From Patescibacteria group bacterium (lineage in GTDB: Bacteria; Patescibacteriota; Minisyncoccia; Moranbacterales; UBA2206), in contig JAUPKF010000004.1 in assembly GCA_030837625.1 (NCBI GenBank), positions 1,075 to 65,074 on the forward strand: a stretch of 64,000 bases of DNA. Reading direction: 5' to 3'. The translations under genes and the position numbers were made by a program. The notes under the pieces are model-generated. The model ran no database searches, had not been told where the DNA came from, and saw nothing but the letters and a program-made list of their open reading frames with translations. Positions 54,818 to 63,783 of this stretch are shown here, piece by piece; the stretch's first letter is position 1, and every line of letters starts with the position of its first letter.

Positions 54818-54868
54818 AAGAATTCGTAATTCGTACATTCGTACCAATTCGTAATTCGTAAGAGAATT
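54818..54868. repeat. ATTCG-type short repeat array (aattcgta x4) between rpsB and rpmE
   Basis: aattcgtaattcgtacattcgtaccaattcgtaattcgtaa. Confidence 0.6.
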
Positions 54869-54870
54869 CC

Positions 54871-55167
54871 ATGAAAAAAAATACCCATCCCAAATATTAT
54901 TCCACCGCTAAGATAGCCTGCGCTTGCGGGAACGTCATTGAGGCTGGTTCAACCGTGCCGGAAATGAAAGTGGAAATCTGCTCGTCTTGCCATCCATTCT
55001 ACACCGGCAAGAAGAAACTTTTGGATGTCACCGGAAGAGTTGACCGATTCAAGAAAATGGCCGAGAAAGCTACCGAGAAGAAAACCGCCGTTTCCAAGAA
55101 GAAAGCGCGCGTCAGAAAGCCCAAGGCTGAAACGAAGAAAGTTGTTTCCAAGAAAAAGAAAAAGTGA
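54871..55167 (+). CDS. rpmE: 50S ribosomal protein L31 (with Lys-rich C-terminal tail)
   Basis: [21 protein letters not shown]...[10 protein letters not shown] zinc ribbon. C-terminal K-rich extension. Confidence 0.85.
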   Translation: MKKNTHPKYYSTAKIACACGNVIEAGSTVPEMKVEICSSCHPFYTGKKKLLDVTGRVDRFKKMAEKATEKKTAVSKKKARVRKPKAETKKVVSKKKKK

Positions 55168-55227
55168 CGACGAAGTCGTCATCCTGAGGATGTTTCGCTT
55201 TTGCGAAACAGACGAAGGATCTATCGT

Positions 55228-55258
55228 CGACATAAAAAAGACAGGCCTATAGCCTGTC
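55228..55258. terminator. Bidirectional intrinsic terminator after rpmE
   Basis: aaaaaagacaggctatagcctgtcttttttg. Confidence 0.8.
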
Positions 55259-55308
55259 TTTTTTGTCATAATCAGTATCGTGTATGATATTCCTCCACTT
55301 CTGAAAAT

Positions 55309-55764
55309 TTATCGCTTCGCCCACTGCGGCGCTCGGCGGGCTTTTAGAAGTCCGGGTTTTTTGCGTTCCACCACTCTGGCGTCTCGCGTCAGAAATCCCC
55401 GATCACGAAGAGCTTTACGCAAAGTTTCATCGAATTTAACCAGGGCTCGCGCGATCCCTAATCGGATGGCTTCCGCCTGGGCATTAATTCCGCCTCCCGC
55501 AACGTGGACCGAAACATCAAACTTTCCTTCTTGCCCGGCAGAAACAATCGGCGACTTTACCGCGTCGCGCAACCGAAACAACGGGAAGTATTCGTCCATC
55601 TTTTTATCATTTACCAAAATTCCCTTGTCCAGCTTCTCGACCGGGTATATCCTCACCTGCGCCACGGCAGTTTTTCTCCGCCCGACAGCGCAGTAATATT
55701 TTTCGGCTTTTACTGTTTCTTCAGCAGTTTCTTTTGGTTCAGGCTTGATTTTCTTTGTAACCAT
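55309..55764 (-). CDS. rpsI: 30S ribosomal protein S9
   Basis: GGGINAQAEAIRLGIARAL...KARRAPQWAKR C-terminus. Confidence 0.9.
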   Translation of the reverse strand: MVTKKIKPEPKETAEETVKAEKYYCAVGRRKTAVAQVRIYPVEKLDKGILVNDKKMDEYFPLFRLRDAVKSPIVSAGQEGKFDVSVHVAGGGINAQAEAIRLGIARALVKFDETLRKALRDRGFLTRDARVVERKKPGLLKARRAPQWAKR

Positions 55765-55774
55765 ACGTATAAAT

Positions 55775-55950
55775 TTCTAATTCACCTAATTTCTAATTCA
55801 CCTAATAAAATTCAATAATTTCTAATAGCAAAATAAAATGTTAAATACCCAATTAAACTTTTTTGAATTTGGCATTAAAAATTTTATTTGACCTTGCTTA
55901 TTTTGGAATTTTATTAGGTGAATTAGGTAATTAGACAATTAGGTGAATTT
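55775..55950. repeat. Long-range inverted repeat in the rplM-rpsI spacer
   Basis: Two direct copies of tttctaattcacctaat at 55775..55815 and two inverted copies (attaggtgaatt) at 55905..55950, enclosing about 90 AT-rich nt. Confidence 0.65.
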
Positions 55951-56355
55951 TCAATGCGTCACTTCTATCTTATGTTGATGATTATTATCCTTATATATCA
56001 GTAGCCTTTTGATCATTCTGTCCCGTAGCTTGTTTTTAGGAAGCATCCCCCAAACCGCGTCGCGAATAACTTTCTCCGACTCGCTTTCCATTCTGTCTCC
56101 CAGTTTTTTGGTGCTTATCCCGCCGGGATATCCGCTAAACTTGTGGTAAAGTTTTCCCTCCATTTTATTGCCAGTTATTCGAAACTTGTCAGAATTGATA
56201 ACTACCGCGAAATCACCGCCGTCGATATGCGGCGCGAAGTCCACCTTATTTTTCCCGCGAAGAACCGAGGCGATTTCCGTCGCCAGTCTTCCCGGGGATT
56301 TGTCCTCGGCGTCAAACAAATGATATTTTCTATTAATTTGGTTTACTTTAGACAT
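55951..56355 (-). CDS. rplM: 50S ribosomal protein L13
   Basis: 134 aa, typical L13 sequence (PGRLATEIASVLRGK...). Confidence 0.9.
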   Translation of the reverse strand: MSKVNQINRKYHLFDAEDKSPGRLATEIASVLRGKNKVDFAPHIDGGDFAVVINSDKFRITGNKMEGKLYHKFSGYPGGISTKKLGDRMESESEKVIRDAVWGMLPKNKLRDRMIKRLLIYKDNNHQHKIEVTH

Positions 56356-56511
56356 ATCGTAGTTATTAAGGGTTTTCGTATTTCGCTTTTTTCGCCCGCC
56401 TGCTTCGAAATGACAATTGGTTGCTTAGTGCCGACACGATTAGCTAATTCAGCTCGTGAGTTATTATTAACACCAGTTAGTATCGAAGCATTTCGGGCAG
56501 GTATTTCGTAA

Positions 56512-56874
56512 CTATACGAATTCAATTACCGCTTTCTTCGCGCCATCGCTTTTGCGAGGCGCCAGTTTTATTATTCTGGCGTAGCCGCTACCCCTCTTTT
56601 CAAACTTAGCCAAAAACTCTCCAGTTATTTTCTTGACAGCCATAGCAGGAATGAACGTCCGCAAATTCCTGACAATCGCCAGCTTCTTTTTTTCATCTCC
56701 GGTCTTTTTAGCCTTATTTATGATTCTATCAATCTTCCTTCTTAGTTCCTTGGCTTTTGCCTCCGTGGTCTCTATCTTTTCGTGCATAATCAAACTGCCC
56801 AGCATTGTCCGGAATAAAGCCTTCCTTTGGTCCTTGTCTCGACTCAATTTTCTGTCGCTTCGTAAGTGTTTCAT
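56512..56874 (-). CDS. rplQ: 50S ribosomal protein L17
   Basis: MKHLRSDRKLSRDKDQRKALFRTM..., an L17 N-terminus. Confidence 0.9.
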   Translation of the reverse strand: MKHLRSDRKLSRDKDQRKALFRTMLGSLIMHEKIETTEAKAKELRRKIDRIINKAKKTGDEKKKLAIVRNLRTFIPAMAVKKITGEFLAKFEKRGSGYARIIKLAPRKSDGAKKAVIEFV

Positions 56875-56884
56875 TTCTTTTTGG

Positions 56885-57889
56885 TTACTCCGCTTTCTTC
56901 AAATTAACGCCAAAGTCACCGATTGCCTTCTTAATTTCTTTAATGCCCTTAGCTCCCATTCCTTCCAATCCGCCCAACTGTTCTTCAGTCAGCTTCAGGA
57001 TGTCTCCGACCTTGGAAATATTGCCTTTCTCTAAAACATTCAATGTCCTGGTAGACAAGCTCTTCAGTTCAGCTATTTCAACTTTCTTTGGATCCATCTC
57101 GACTTTCTTACCTTCTTCTTTCTCTTCAACTTTATCCTCGACAATTTCCTCCTTAAGCGCTTTTTCCTTTCCAGCCGCCTGGACATCCTTCAAAACGGAA
57201 AATTGATCCACCAAAATACCGACTGCCTTCGAAAAAGCTTCCTCTGGATCTATGCTTCCATCAGTCATAATTTCTAAATTTATCTTTTCAAAATCAGTCC
57301 TTTTCCCCACGCGCATATTGGAAATAGCATAGTTGACTCTTTTTATGGGAGTATAAATCGCATCCATTGCAATCACGCCAACTTCTTTTTTCTCCCTGTT
57401 TTGCTGTTCCACAGGAACATAACCGATACCTCCCGCCACTTCCATTTCCATCTCAATCTCTCCCTTGGCGCCAGTGATAGTAGCAATGTGGGCTTCTTTA
57501 TTAACCACTTCGACATCTGAAGAGCATTCGATCATTCCCGCATTAATTTTCTTCTCTCCTTTAATCTTAAGCTGAACCCTTACCGATTCATCCTTATGAA
57601 GACGAAATCGAACCTGCTTCAAATTCAAAATTATCTGGATCACGTCTTCTAGAACATTAGGGATGGTAGAAAACTCATGCTTAACACCCTTGATGCTCAC
57701 TGACGTTATAGCCGCTCCGGAAAGCGAAGAAAGCAACACCCTTCTTAGCGCATTTCCCAATGTTGTCCCGTATCCAGGATAACACCCTTCTATCTCAAAG
57801 TTTCCCGTTTTATCATCAATCATCTTAAACTTTGGTTTTTGAGGAAGTGTAATTTGCATAAATTTCACGTAACACGTATCACGTAACAT
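56885..57889 (-). CDS. rpoA: DNA-directed RNA polymerase alpha subunit
   Basis: 334 aa. N-terminal dimerisation domain. C-terminal alpha-CTD (LEELELSVRS-like ELKSLSTRTLNVLEKGNI). Confidence 0.9.
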   Translation of the reverse strand: MLRDTCYVKFMQITLPQKPKFKMIDDKTGNFEIEGCYPGYGTTLGNALRRVLLSSLSGAAITSVSIKGVKHEFSTIPNVLEDVIQIILNLKQVRFRLHKDESVRVQLKIKGEKKINAGMIECSSDVEVVNKEAHIATITGAKGEIEMEMEVAGGIGYVPVEQQNREKKEVGVIAMDAIYTPIKRVNYAISNMRVGKRTDFEKINLEIMTDGSIDPEEAFSKAVGILVDQFSVLKDVQAAGKEKALKEEIVEDKVEEKEEGKKVEMDPKKVEIAELKSLSTRTLNVLEKGNISKVGDILKLTEEQLGGLEGMGAKGIKEIKKAIGDFGVNLKKAE

Positions 57890-57950
57890 GGAACAAGAAA
57901 TCCCGTGTTATGTGTTATGTGCTGTGTGTTATGTGTTATGTATTTACCTA
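57862..57950. repeat. Heptamer-array hairpin element (rpoA-rpsD spacer); paralog at 59205..59282
   Basis: cacgtaacacgtatcacgtaacatggaacaa ... tgttatgtgttatgtgctgtgtgttatgtgttatgt. The 5' arm pairs with the tgttatg x5 arm using G-U wobbles. Confidence 0.7.
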
Positions 57951-58576
57951 GAATAATATTCCACTACGATTTGCGGATCAGCATTAACACCCATCTGCGC
58001 CCTTTCGGGGCGGTTATTTATAGTCGCTTCCAAACTCTTTGCGTCAAAACCGATCCAAGCCGGAAAATCTTTCTTATTCCTAAGAGCCTGGGCTGTATTT
58101 TTAAAATAGTTTTTCTCTTTTTTGTAAGAGTCTTGGGAAATTTTCTGTCCAATTTTTACTTCGTATGAAGGAATGGTCACTTTTTTCCCGTTGACGCTTA
58201 TCAGACCGTGATTCACTAGCTGTCTGGCTTGAGAGCGAGAACTGGCAAATCCAATCCGGTACACCACGTTGTCCAATCGCATCTCCAGTCTCTCTAAAAG
58301 AAGATCTCCGGTAATTCCCTTTTTCTTTTTTACTTCATCAAAATGCCTTCGAAACTGGGCTTCCAAAACGCCATAAATCCTCTTAATTTTTTGTTTGACA
58401 GAAAGTTGCGTCCCGTATTCGCTAAGACCGCGCTTCATTTTTTTTCCGTGGACTCCCGGAGCATAAGCACGCTTAACTACTCCGCATTTTGGAGTATAGC
58501 AACGGTCGCCTTTGAGAAAAAGCTTTTCTCCGGCTCTCCGGCATTTTCTACATTTTGGATCAATATCTCGTGCCAT
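57944..58576 (-). CDS. rpsD: 30S ribosomal protein S4
   Basis: MARDIDPKCRKCRRAGEKLFLKGDRCYTPKC zinc-finger N-terminus. ATG at 58576. The ORF-track extension to 58588 begins on a non-ATG codon. Confidence 0.9.
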   Translation of the reverse strand: MARDIDPKCRKCRRAGEKLFLKGDRCYTPKCGVVKRAYAPGVHGKKMKRGLSEYGTQLSVKQKIKRIYGVLEAQFRRHFDEVKKKKGITGDLLLERLEMRLDNVVYRIGFASSRSQARQLVNHGLISVNGKKVTIPSYEVKIGQKISQDSYKKEKNYFKNTAQALRNKKDFPAWIGFDAKSLEATINNRPERAQMGVNADPQIVVEYYSR

Positions 58577-58588
58577 AATTATATACAC

Positions 58589-58685
58589 CGATCCGAATCT
58601 ACGAATATATCCGAATTCACGAATTTCTTATTCGCGTAATTCGTAGATTCGTAGATTCGAATGTCATTCGTAGATTCGCATCGCG
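58589..58685. repeat. ATTCG-type palindromic intergenic element (rpsK-rpsD spacer)
   Basis: ccgatccgaatctacgaatatatccgaattcacgaatttcttattcgcgtaattcgtagattcgtagattcgaatgtcattcgtagattcgc. Its ends are inverted copies of each other. Confidence 0.65.
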
Positions 58686-59210
58686 TTATACTCTTCGGGG
58701 TTTTTTGGGCCGGCATCCATTATGTGGAATCGGCGTTATGTCTTTTATCAAATTTAAATCAAAACCATTATTGGCTAGGGCCCTAATGGAAGCCTCTCTG
58801 CCGGAACCGACTCCTTTCACAAAAACATCCAACTCCCGCACTCCATATTTCCTAACTTTTTCACTCACATTCGCCACTACCTGAGTCGCGGCATAAGGAG
58901 TAGCCTTTTTAGCTCCCTTAAATCCAAGCAACCCCGAAGTAGCCCACCCCAAAACTCCACCGCTCAAGTCCGTTATACTGACAGAGGTGTTATTGTAAGT
59001 GCATTTTACCATCGCTTTTCCCTTAAGCACTTGCCTCTTAGCTTTCTTTATTTTTTTAATTTTCTCGGCTTCCACTTCGGTTTTTTCTTTCAAATCAACA
59101 GCGATGTCTCCCTTTCCCACTTCCACTTTCAAATCCCCAGCCTTCTCCGCCGTCTTCTGCTTTTCTTCTATTTTAATCTTCTTATCTTCCTCCATGTCAT
59201 CACGCAACAC
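58686..59210 (-). CDS. rpsK: 30S ribosomal protein S11 (with K/E-rich N-terminal extension)
   Basis: Conserved core ...GLLGFKGAKKATPYAAT... ending in the C-terminal RRV. 45-aa extension. Confidence 0.9.
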   Translation of the reverse strand: MLRDDMEEDKKIKIEEKQKTAEKAGDLKVEVGKGDIAVDLKEKTEVEAEKIKKIKKAKRQVLKGKAMVKCTYNNTSVSITDLSGGVLGWATSGLLGFKGAKKATPYAATQVVANVSEKVRKYGVRELDVFVKGVGSGREASIRALANNGFDLNLIKDITPIPHNGCRPKKPRRV

Positions 59211-59282
59211 GTATCACGTAACATGGAACAAAATACGAATCCGATGTTATGTGTTATGTGTTATGTGTTATGTGATTTAGGT
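59205..59282. repeat. Heptamer-array hairpin element (rpsM-rpsK spacer), copy 2
   Basis: catcacgcaacacgtatcacgtaacatggaacaa ... tgttatgtgttatgtgttatgtgttatgtga. Confidence 0.7.
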
Positions 59283-59663
59283 TTTTTCCGTCTTGACTCT
59301 TCCCGAACCCATCGTTCGCCTGACATTTCCCCGAACAGTCCGGTTGTTTGTCTTGGTCCTTTGTCCTCTCGTCGGAAGACCCCTTTGATGCCGAACTCCG
59401 CGATAGCAGCCAATTTCTTTCAGCCGCTTCACATTATCTCTGACGATATGTTTGAGTTCGCCTTCAACCTTCACTGTTTTTTCTATATAACTTCTAATTT
59501 CATTTTGTTCTTCTTCGGACAAATCTTTGGTTCTTTTGAGTTTGGAAATCTTCAATTCGTCCAAAATTTTGGACGCGGTTGTCTGCCCTATGCCATAAAT
59601 ATAGGTCAAAGATATTTCTATTCTTTTTTCGTCCGGAATATTAACTCCTGATATTCTTAACAT
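59277..59663 (-). CDS. rpsM: 30S ribosomal protein S13
   Basis: [26 protein letters not shown]... Confidence 0.9.
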   Translation of the reverse strand: MLRISGVNIPDEKRIEISLTYIYGIGQTTASKILDELKISKLKRTKDLSEEEQNEIRSYIEKTVKVEGELKHIVRDNVKRLKEIGCYRGVRHQRGLPTRGQRTKTNNRTVRGNVRRTMGSGRVKTEKT

Positions 59664-59752
59664 ATTTTACCGATTCGAATCTTCGAATACATTCGAATTC
59701 ACGAATCTACAAATTATTCGTATGGGCGCATTCGTAGCGCGCTATTCGCATG
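59664..59752. repeat. ATTCG-type palindromic intergenic element (rpmJ-rpsM spacer)
   Basis: ccgattcgaatcttcgaatacattcgaattcacgaatctacaaattattcgtatgggcgcattcgtagcgcgctattcgcatgc. Shares gaattcacgaat and ctacaaat...ttattcgta with other copies. Confidence 0.65.
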
Positions 59753-59866
59753 CTATCCTTGGCGTTGCTTGTGCTTTGGATTGGAACAAATCACGTAAAG
59801 TTTTCCTTTACGCTTGACTGTCTTGCACTTATCACAAATCTTTTTCACTGACGCTCTCACTTTCAT
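59753..59866 (-). CDS. rpmJ: 50S ribosomal protein L36
   Basis: [37 protein letters not shown], 37 aa, below the ORF-track size cutoff. Confidence 0.85.
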   Translation of the reverse strand: MKVRASVKKICDKCKTVKRKGKLYVICSNPKHKQRQG

Positions 59867-59870
59867 ATTT

Positions 59871-60107
59871 TTATAGTCTTTTGGTTATTCTTCCCTTAGT
59901 CAAATCATACGGACTCATTTCTACCAAAACTTTGTCGCCTGGAATTAGTCTTATATAATTAACCCTCATTCTGCCGGAAATATGAGCTAAAATCTCATGT
60001 CCATTGCTTAACTTAACCTTAAAAGTCGTGCTTGGCAAGGTTTCCATCACTTCGCCTTCTAATTTTACCAGCTCTTTATCGTTAGCCATAGGCGGATTTT
60101 TTTCCAA
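59871..60107 (-). CDS. infA: Translation initiation factor IF-1
   Basis: S1-like OB fold ...[57 protein letters not shown]... Confidence 0.9.
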   Translation of the reverse strand: MEKNPPMANDKELVKLEGEVMETLPSTTFKVKLSNGHEILAHISGRMRVNYIRLIPGDKVLVEMSPYDLTKGRITKRL

Positions 60108-60285
60108 ACTAAAACGCTGAGAGAAATAAGTCCAAATTCCGGAAAAACTTTCCCTCTACTAAAAGCTTTATTGTGTTTTTCAATGTCTTAGACTATCTTA
60201 ACTCGTATGTCATTCTCTGTCAACCCCGTTAGAGATATTCTCGCTAGGAGCCCTCTCTTCAGAGACACCAAGCGCAACATTATCA

Positions 60286-62322
60286 TCAATCTCTAACGGG
60301 GTCAAGCACCACTTCTACCCGCCTCTCATAAGACGGAATTCTATTAGAAAAGAAGTTTGGCCAGTACATAACCTCGACTTTCTCAATATCTGGATAAGTG
60401 CTCAGATACTCTTCCAAATCAGCGTTGTTTTTGCCAAGGATATTTTTTTTCAAATTATTCAGATCTATGCTAGCGGAAATTTCTCCAGTGCCACCCACTT
60501 TTATGTCTAAGGAACCAGTCTTGAAATCGGGACTGGATTTGCCGTATGTCAGCCTAATAGAGCCTATATCAATCTTCGACTCCCCATTTCCTGATTTTTC
60601 GATCAAACGATTGACCATATTCTTCAAATCGCTTTCCTTGAAAATAATTATTTGAGCTTTCGACTGGATTGAAATTTCGAAATTATCGGTTACCTCTCCC
60701 ACTGAATTAGAGATTTTGTAAGTTGGCTCTTCGACGAACAAAGCGTCGTCCAAGATAACCGCATCCTGCCCGACATCTTCTTTGATTTTTTGCTTCAACG
60801 CCCCGTTGAACTCCGCCAAAATTTTTTTCTTGGCAGTGTCGATATCCTCTTGAGAAACCGAGCTGGCTTCCTGTCCGTCACCGCCTCCTCCGGACATAGC
60901 CTTAGCCGAAACGGCGTAAAATTTGACATACTTGTCTGCCCCGCTATCTTTGAACCCGGGAATAGAAAACTTCCCCGGACCGATATTATAGGATTGACCC
61001 GCTTCGTCCGCAACCACGTCAGCCTCGATAACTCCCGGCTTTGTTTCCTCTCCGACTTTGGTTGTTCCTGGAACCGTTACTCCCGCCGCCAAACGGAACA
61101 ATTTCCCGTCCTCACTGACGAATCTCGTGGTAGCCACAAGCGGCTGGGGACTTGAGCCAAATTCATTGTAAATAGTTATTGTCCCTCTGGCTTTTTGTCC
61201 GGAAACAGAACTCTTTCCGCTAGAGCCATACTTCTTTGAAACTTCATGTTCAATTGCCAACAACTTTGAAGGAATGGCTTCTTTCTCATAATCAACTTCC
61301 GAATAACTTGGATCGCCTTTTATGAGAGTATCTATCGACTTTGTCTTCTCCTTGACCGATATAGACACTGTGGCCTTTGGAATGAAAAGATAGCCAGCCA
61401 CAGCCAGAAGCGCTACAACAAACATCGCCCCAAAAGCCAAAAACAAGCGGTTAAAACTGCCGGAAATTTTTTCGCTGCCAAAAACATTTTTTTCTTTTTT
61501 CTGGATTGGCGCCGACTTTCCCTCTGAATTTCCGAAAACTCCATCATACAAGGTGGGATATCCGCCGGCAGCAGAGTCTGCACTATTGCGCGATTTAGTT
61601 CCGCTAAAAAAGTTTTCTATCTTCTTGTCTTCCGGTAAAGAAGCGGCCTCTCTTCCTGCTGATATTTGGTTGCCTACTGATAGTCGCTGAGTTCCGCCAC
61701 CGCCGAAAACATCCATAGCCGTAACTCTTTTAAGCATCCCTCCCGAAGATTTTTCACCTCTCCCGAGTCCAAGCGTCCGGGGTGTCCTATTGACATCACT
61801 GTCCGTCCCCAATACTAGCTCCCGGTTAACTATCCTCTCCTGACCCCTTTCATTTTCAGTTTTGTCAATGGGAGATTTGTCCGACTCTCTACCTATCTCA
61901 GGAGTCTCCGATTCTCCGGTAAAATAGTTATCAGATCCCATTTTCTCTATCCTTTCTTTTATTCCCTTTTTGTCTTCAATGTTTTCGGAAATATCCGAAA
62001 CGTTTTTTTTCAATTCTGATCCCGTTTCAACTCCCTCCTTGCCGGGAAGCATCTCTTCATCAGAAATATCATCAAGTTTTTGCTGGACCAAAATTCCGGC
62101 TTTTTCAATAAGAAGCTTGCCTAACTTGTCTTGCGTCACGATCATAAGCTGAAGTCCGAGGATTTCCGCCTCTTTCTTGAGAACTCGCAAATTTATTATA
62201 CTCTGAATAAGCAACGCTCGCTTAGGCACTACCATGATTATCTCCTCTGCTCGGGATTTCCTCAACCGCTCCACAATAGAAGTTATCTCCTCGTCAATGT
62301 CGATGTAAAATGTTTGATGCAT
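60286..62322 (-). CDS. Large bitopic hypothetical protein (cytoplasmic N-domain, one TM, Gly/Ser-rich extracytoplasmic C-domain)
   Basis: Preferred start MHQTFYIDIDEEITSIVERLRKS (ATG 62322). The ORF-track extension to 62370 starts on GTG within the repeat element. TM LFLAFGAMFVVALLAVAGYLFI. Sits between ftsA and infA. Confidence 0.55.
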   Translation of the reverse strand: MHQTFYIDIDEEITSIVERLRKSRAEEIIMVVPKRALLIQSIINLRVLKKEAEILGLQLMIVTQDKLGKLLIEKAGILVQQKLDDISDEEMLPGKEGVETGSELKKNVSDISENIEDKKGIKERIEKMGSDNYFTGESETPEIGRESDKSPIDKTENERGQERIVNRELVLGTDSDVNRTPRTLGLGRGEKSSGGMLKRVTAMDVFGGGGTQRLSVGNQISAGREAASLPEDKKIENFFSGTKSRNSADSAAGGYPTLYDGVFGNSEGKSAPIQKKEKNVFGSEKISGSFNRLFLAFGAMFVVALLAVAGYLFIPKATVSISVKEKTKSIDTLIKGDPSYSEVDYEKEAIPSKLLAIEHEVSKKYGSSGKSSVSGQKARGTITIYNEFGSSPQPLVATTRFVSEDGKLFRLAAGVTVPGTTKVGEETKPGVIEADVVADEAGQSYNIGPGKFSIPGFKDSGADKYVKFYAVSAKAMSGGGGDGQEASSVSQEDIDTAKKKILAEFNGALKQKIKEDVGQDAVILDDALFVEEPTYKISNSVGEVTDNFEISIQSKAQIIIFKESDLKNMVNRLIEKSGNGESKIDIGSIRLTYGKSSPDFKTGSLDIKVGGTGEISASIDLNNLKKNILGKNNADLEEYLSTYPDIEKVEVMYWPNFFSNRIPSYERRVEVVLDPVRD

Positions 62323-62334
62323 AAATTTAAACGA

Positions 62335-62420
62335 ATTTTTACGAATTATAAACGAATTTGCGCGAATCACGAATTCGTGCTTCGTGAAAATTCGTTTCCT
62401 ATTCGTATTTATTCGTCTAT
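62335..62420. repeat. ATTCG-type palindromic element centred on CACGAATTCGTG (ftsA to downstream gene spacer)
   Basis: aaacgaatttttacgaattataaacgaatttgcgcgaatcacgaattcgtgcttcgtgaaaattcgtttcctattcgtatttattcgtc. The left arm has acgaatt repeats and the right arm has aattcgt repeats. Confidence 0.65.
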
Positions 62421-62421
62421 C

Positions 62422-63690
62422 TCATTTCTGTATCATCTTCACCGCTCTTCGCAAAATTCCAGCCATAACTTTTTCTTCGCCCACAAAATCCAAAGCCAGA
62501 TTGGCCAATCCCATCGGGGTAATATCCTGTGGATCGCGGAGATTCTTAGTTTCATCGATAATATTAGCCACATCCCGCGGTTGAAGAAAACTAACCTCCG
62601 GTTCTTTGGCAAAAGGCAAATTTTTTCTCCAAGACTGCCCCAACAAAGATTTTTTTATTCCCGGAAGGCCCGAGCCTCCGCCACAAAGAAAAAATCGATA
62701 GGGAAGCAAATCCGTTTCGGCAAACTCAGCCAGAGAAAGCTCCACGGCCGAAAGCCAAACTCCGCAATCGTCCGCCAGCATTCCTTCGATTTTCATAGCG
62801 ACATCCCTGCCCAATTTGCCTTCGGAATATTTTATTTTCAAAATCTCCGCTTCTTCAAAACTTATCCCCAGTTCCCGCGCCAATCTTTTAGTGAAAGCTC
62901 TTCCTCCCAGCGCGAACATCTTCGTTCCTTCTAGCCCTCCATTTCTTACCACTGCAATGTCAGTTGTTCCCCCGCCAATATCAATAAACACTGCGCTGAA
63001 ATCAGCGATATCATCGACTCCCATCGACCGTGCCACCGCATACGGTTCCGCGGCAATATTCAAAAGTTCCAGCCCCAATTCCTTGGCAATCGTTTCCAGC
63101 GCCCCCAAATGGACTAGAGGCGCGTAAGCGTTGAAAATGGAAATGGAAACATCTCGCCCTTGGAATCCGACCGGATTATTAACTTTATATCCGTCAATCC
63201 GCACATCCACAATGGCGGCATTGATAAGTTTCACTTCAATCTCGCTGTGTCCCGTTTCCCAAGCCAGCTGCTGGCGAATCCGGTCGAAGGCTTTCCACTG
63301 AACCTTTTGGATTATGTTTTTAAGTTCCGGCAAATCAATCCTAATTTCCGGCTTGATTCTTTCGTAATGCACTGTGGTAGTGGTCCCCTTAACCAATTCT
63401 CCCGCTATCCCCACCACCGCTTTCTCCGCTTTCTTCGCTCCGGCCATCGCTTTAGCTTTCTCAATCGCCAACCGACAATTTTTAATTACACCGGAAATAT
63501 CAGAAACAGCGCCGCTGTGCATGTCAGACAAGCTCTGTCGCGCCCTGCCAACCCCTTTCACTACCCCCACTCCTGCTTCCGCGTCAATCCGAAAAACCAA
63601 AGCCTTGACCACTTCGGTTCCAATATCCAACGACAAAATATAGTCATTGGAAATATTCCTCGCGCCTAAAATTTTGGAAAGAAATCCCAT
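62422..63690 (-). CDS. ftsA: Cell division protein FtsA
   Basis: Actin-like ATPase motifs LSLDIGTEVVKALVF, VFIDIGGGTTDIAVV. 422 aa. Confidence 0.9.
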   Translation of the reverse strand: MGFLSKILGARNISNDYILSLDIGTEVVKALVFRIDAEAGVGVVKGVGRARQSLSDMHSGAVSDISGVIKNCRLAIEKAKAMAGAKKAEKAVVGIAGELVKGTTTTVHYERIKPEIRIDLPELKNIIQKVQWKAFDRIRQQLAWETGHSEIEVKLINAAIVDVRIDGYKVNNPVGFQGRDVSISIFNAYAPLVHLGALETIAKELGLELLNIAAEPYAVARSMGVDDIADFSAVFIDIGGGTTDIAVVRNGGLEGTKMFALGGRAFTKRLARELGISFEEAEILKIKYSEGKLGRDVAMKIEGMLADDCGVWLSAVELSLAEFAETDLLPYRFFLCGGGSGLPGIKKSLLGQSWRKNLPFAKEPEVSFLQPRDVANIIDETKNLRDPQDITPMGLANLALDFVGEEKVMAGILRRAVKMIQK

Positions 63691-63783
63691 CGAGTTTTAT
63701 TTAATTATACCATAAAAATAAAAAGAAGCCACGGCGCGATATTGCCATGACTAGTCGCAGTTTCATATTATACATTTCGTGTT

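Noticed and set aside
57862-59282. Possible CRISPR arrays (tgttatg x5, atacttt x4, attcgta arrays)
   Set aside because: Repeat units are 7-8 nt with no unique spacers of CRISPR size, and no cas genes are nearby. These are microsatellite or palindromic elements.
62323-62370. N-terminal 16 codons of the ORF-track version of the 694-aa protein (MIRANSFIIRKNSFKF)
   Set aside because: Begins on GTG inside the ATTCG palindromic element and simply translates the repeat. The ATG at 62322 is preferred.
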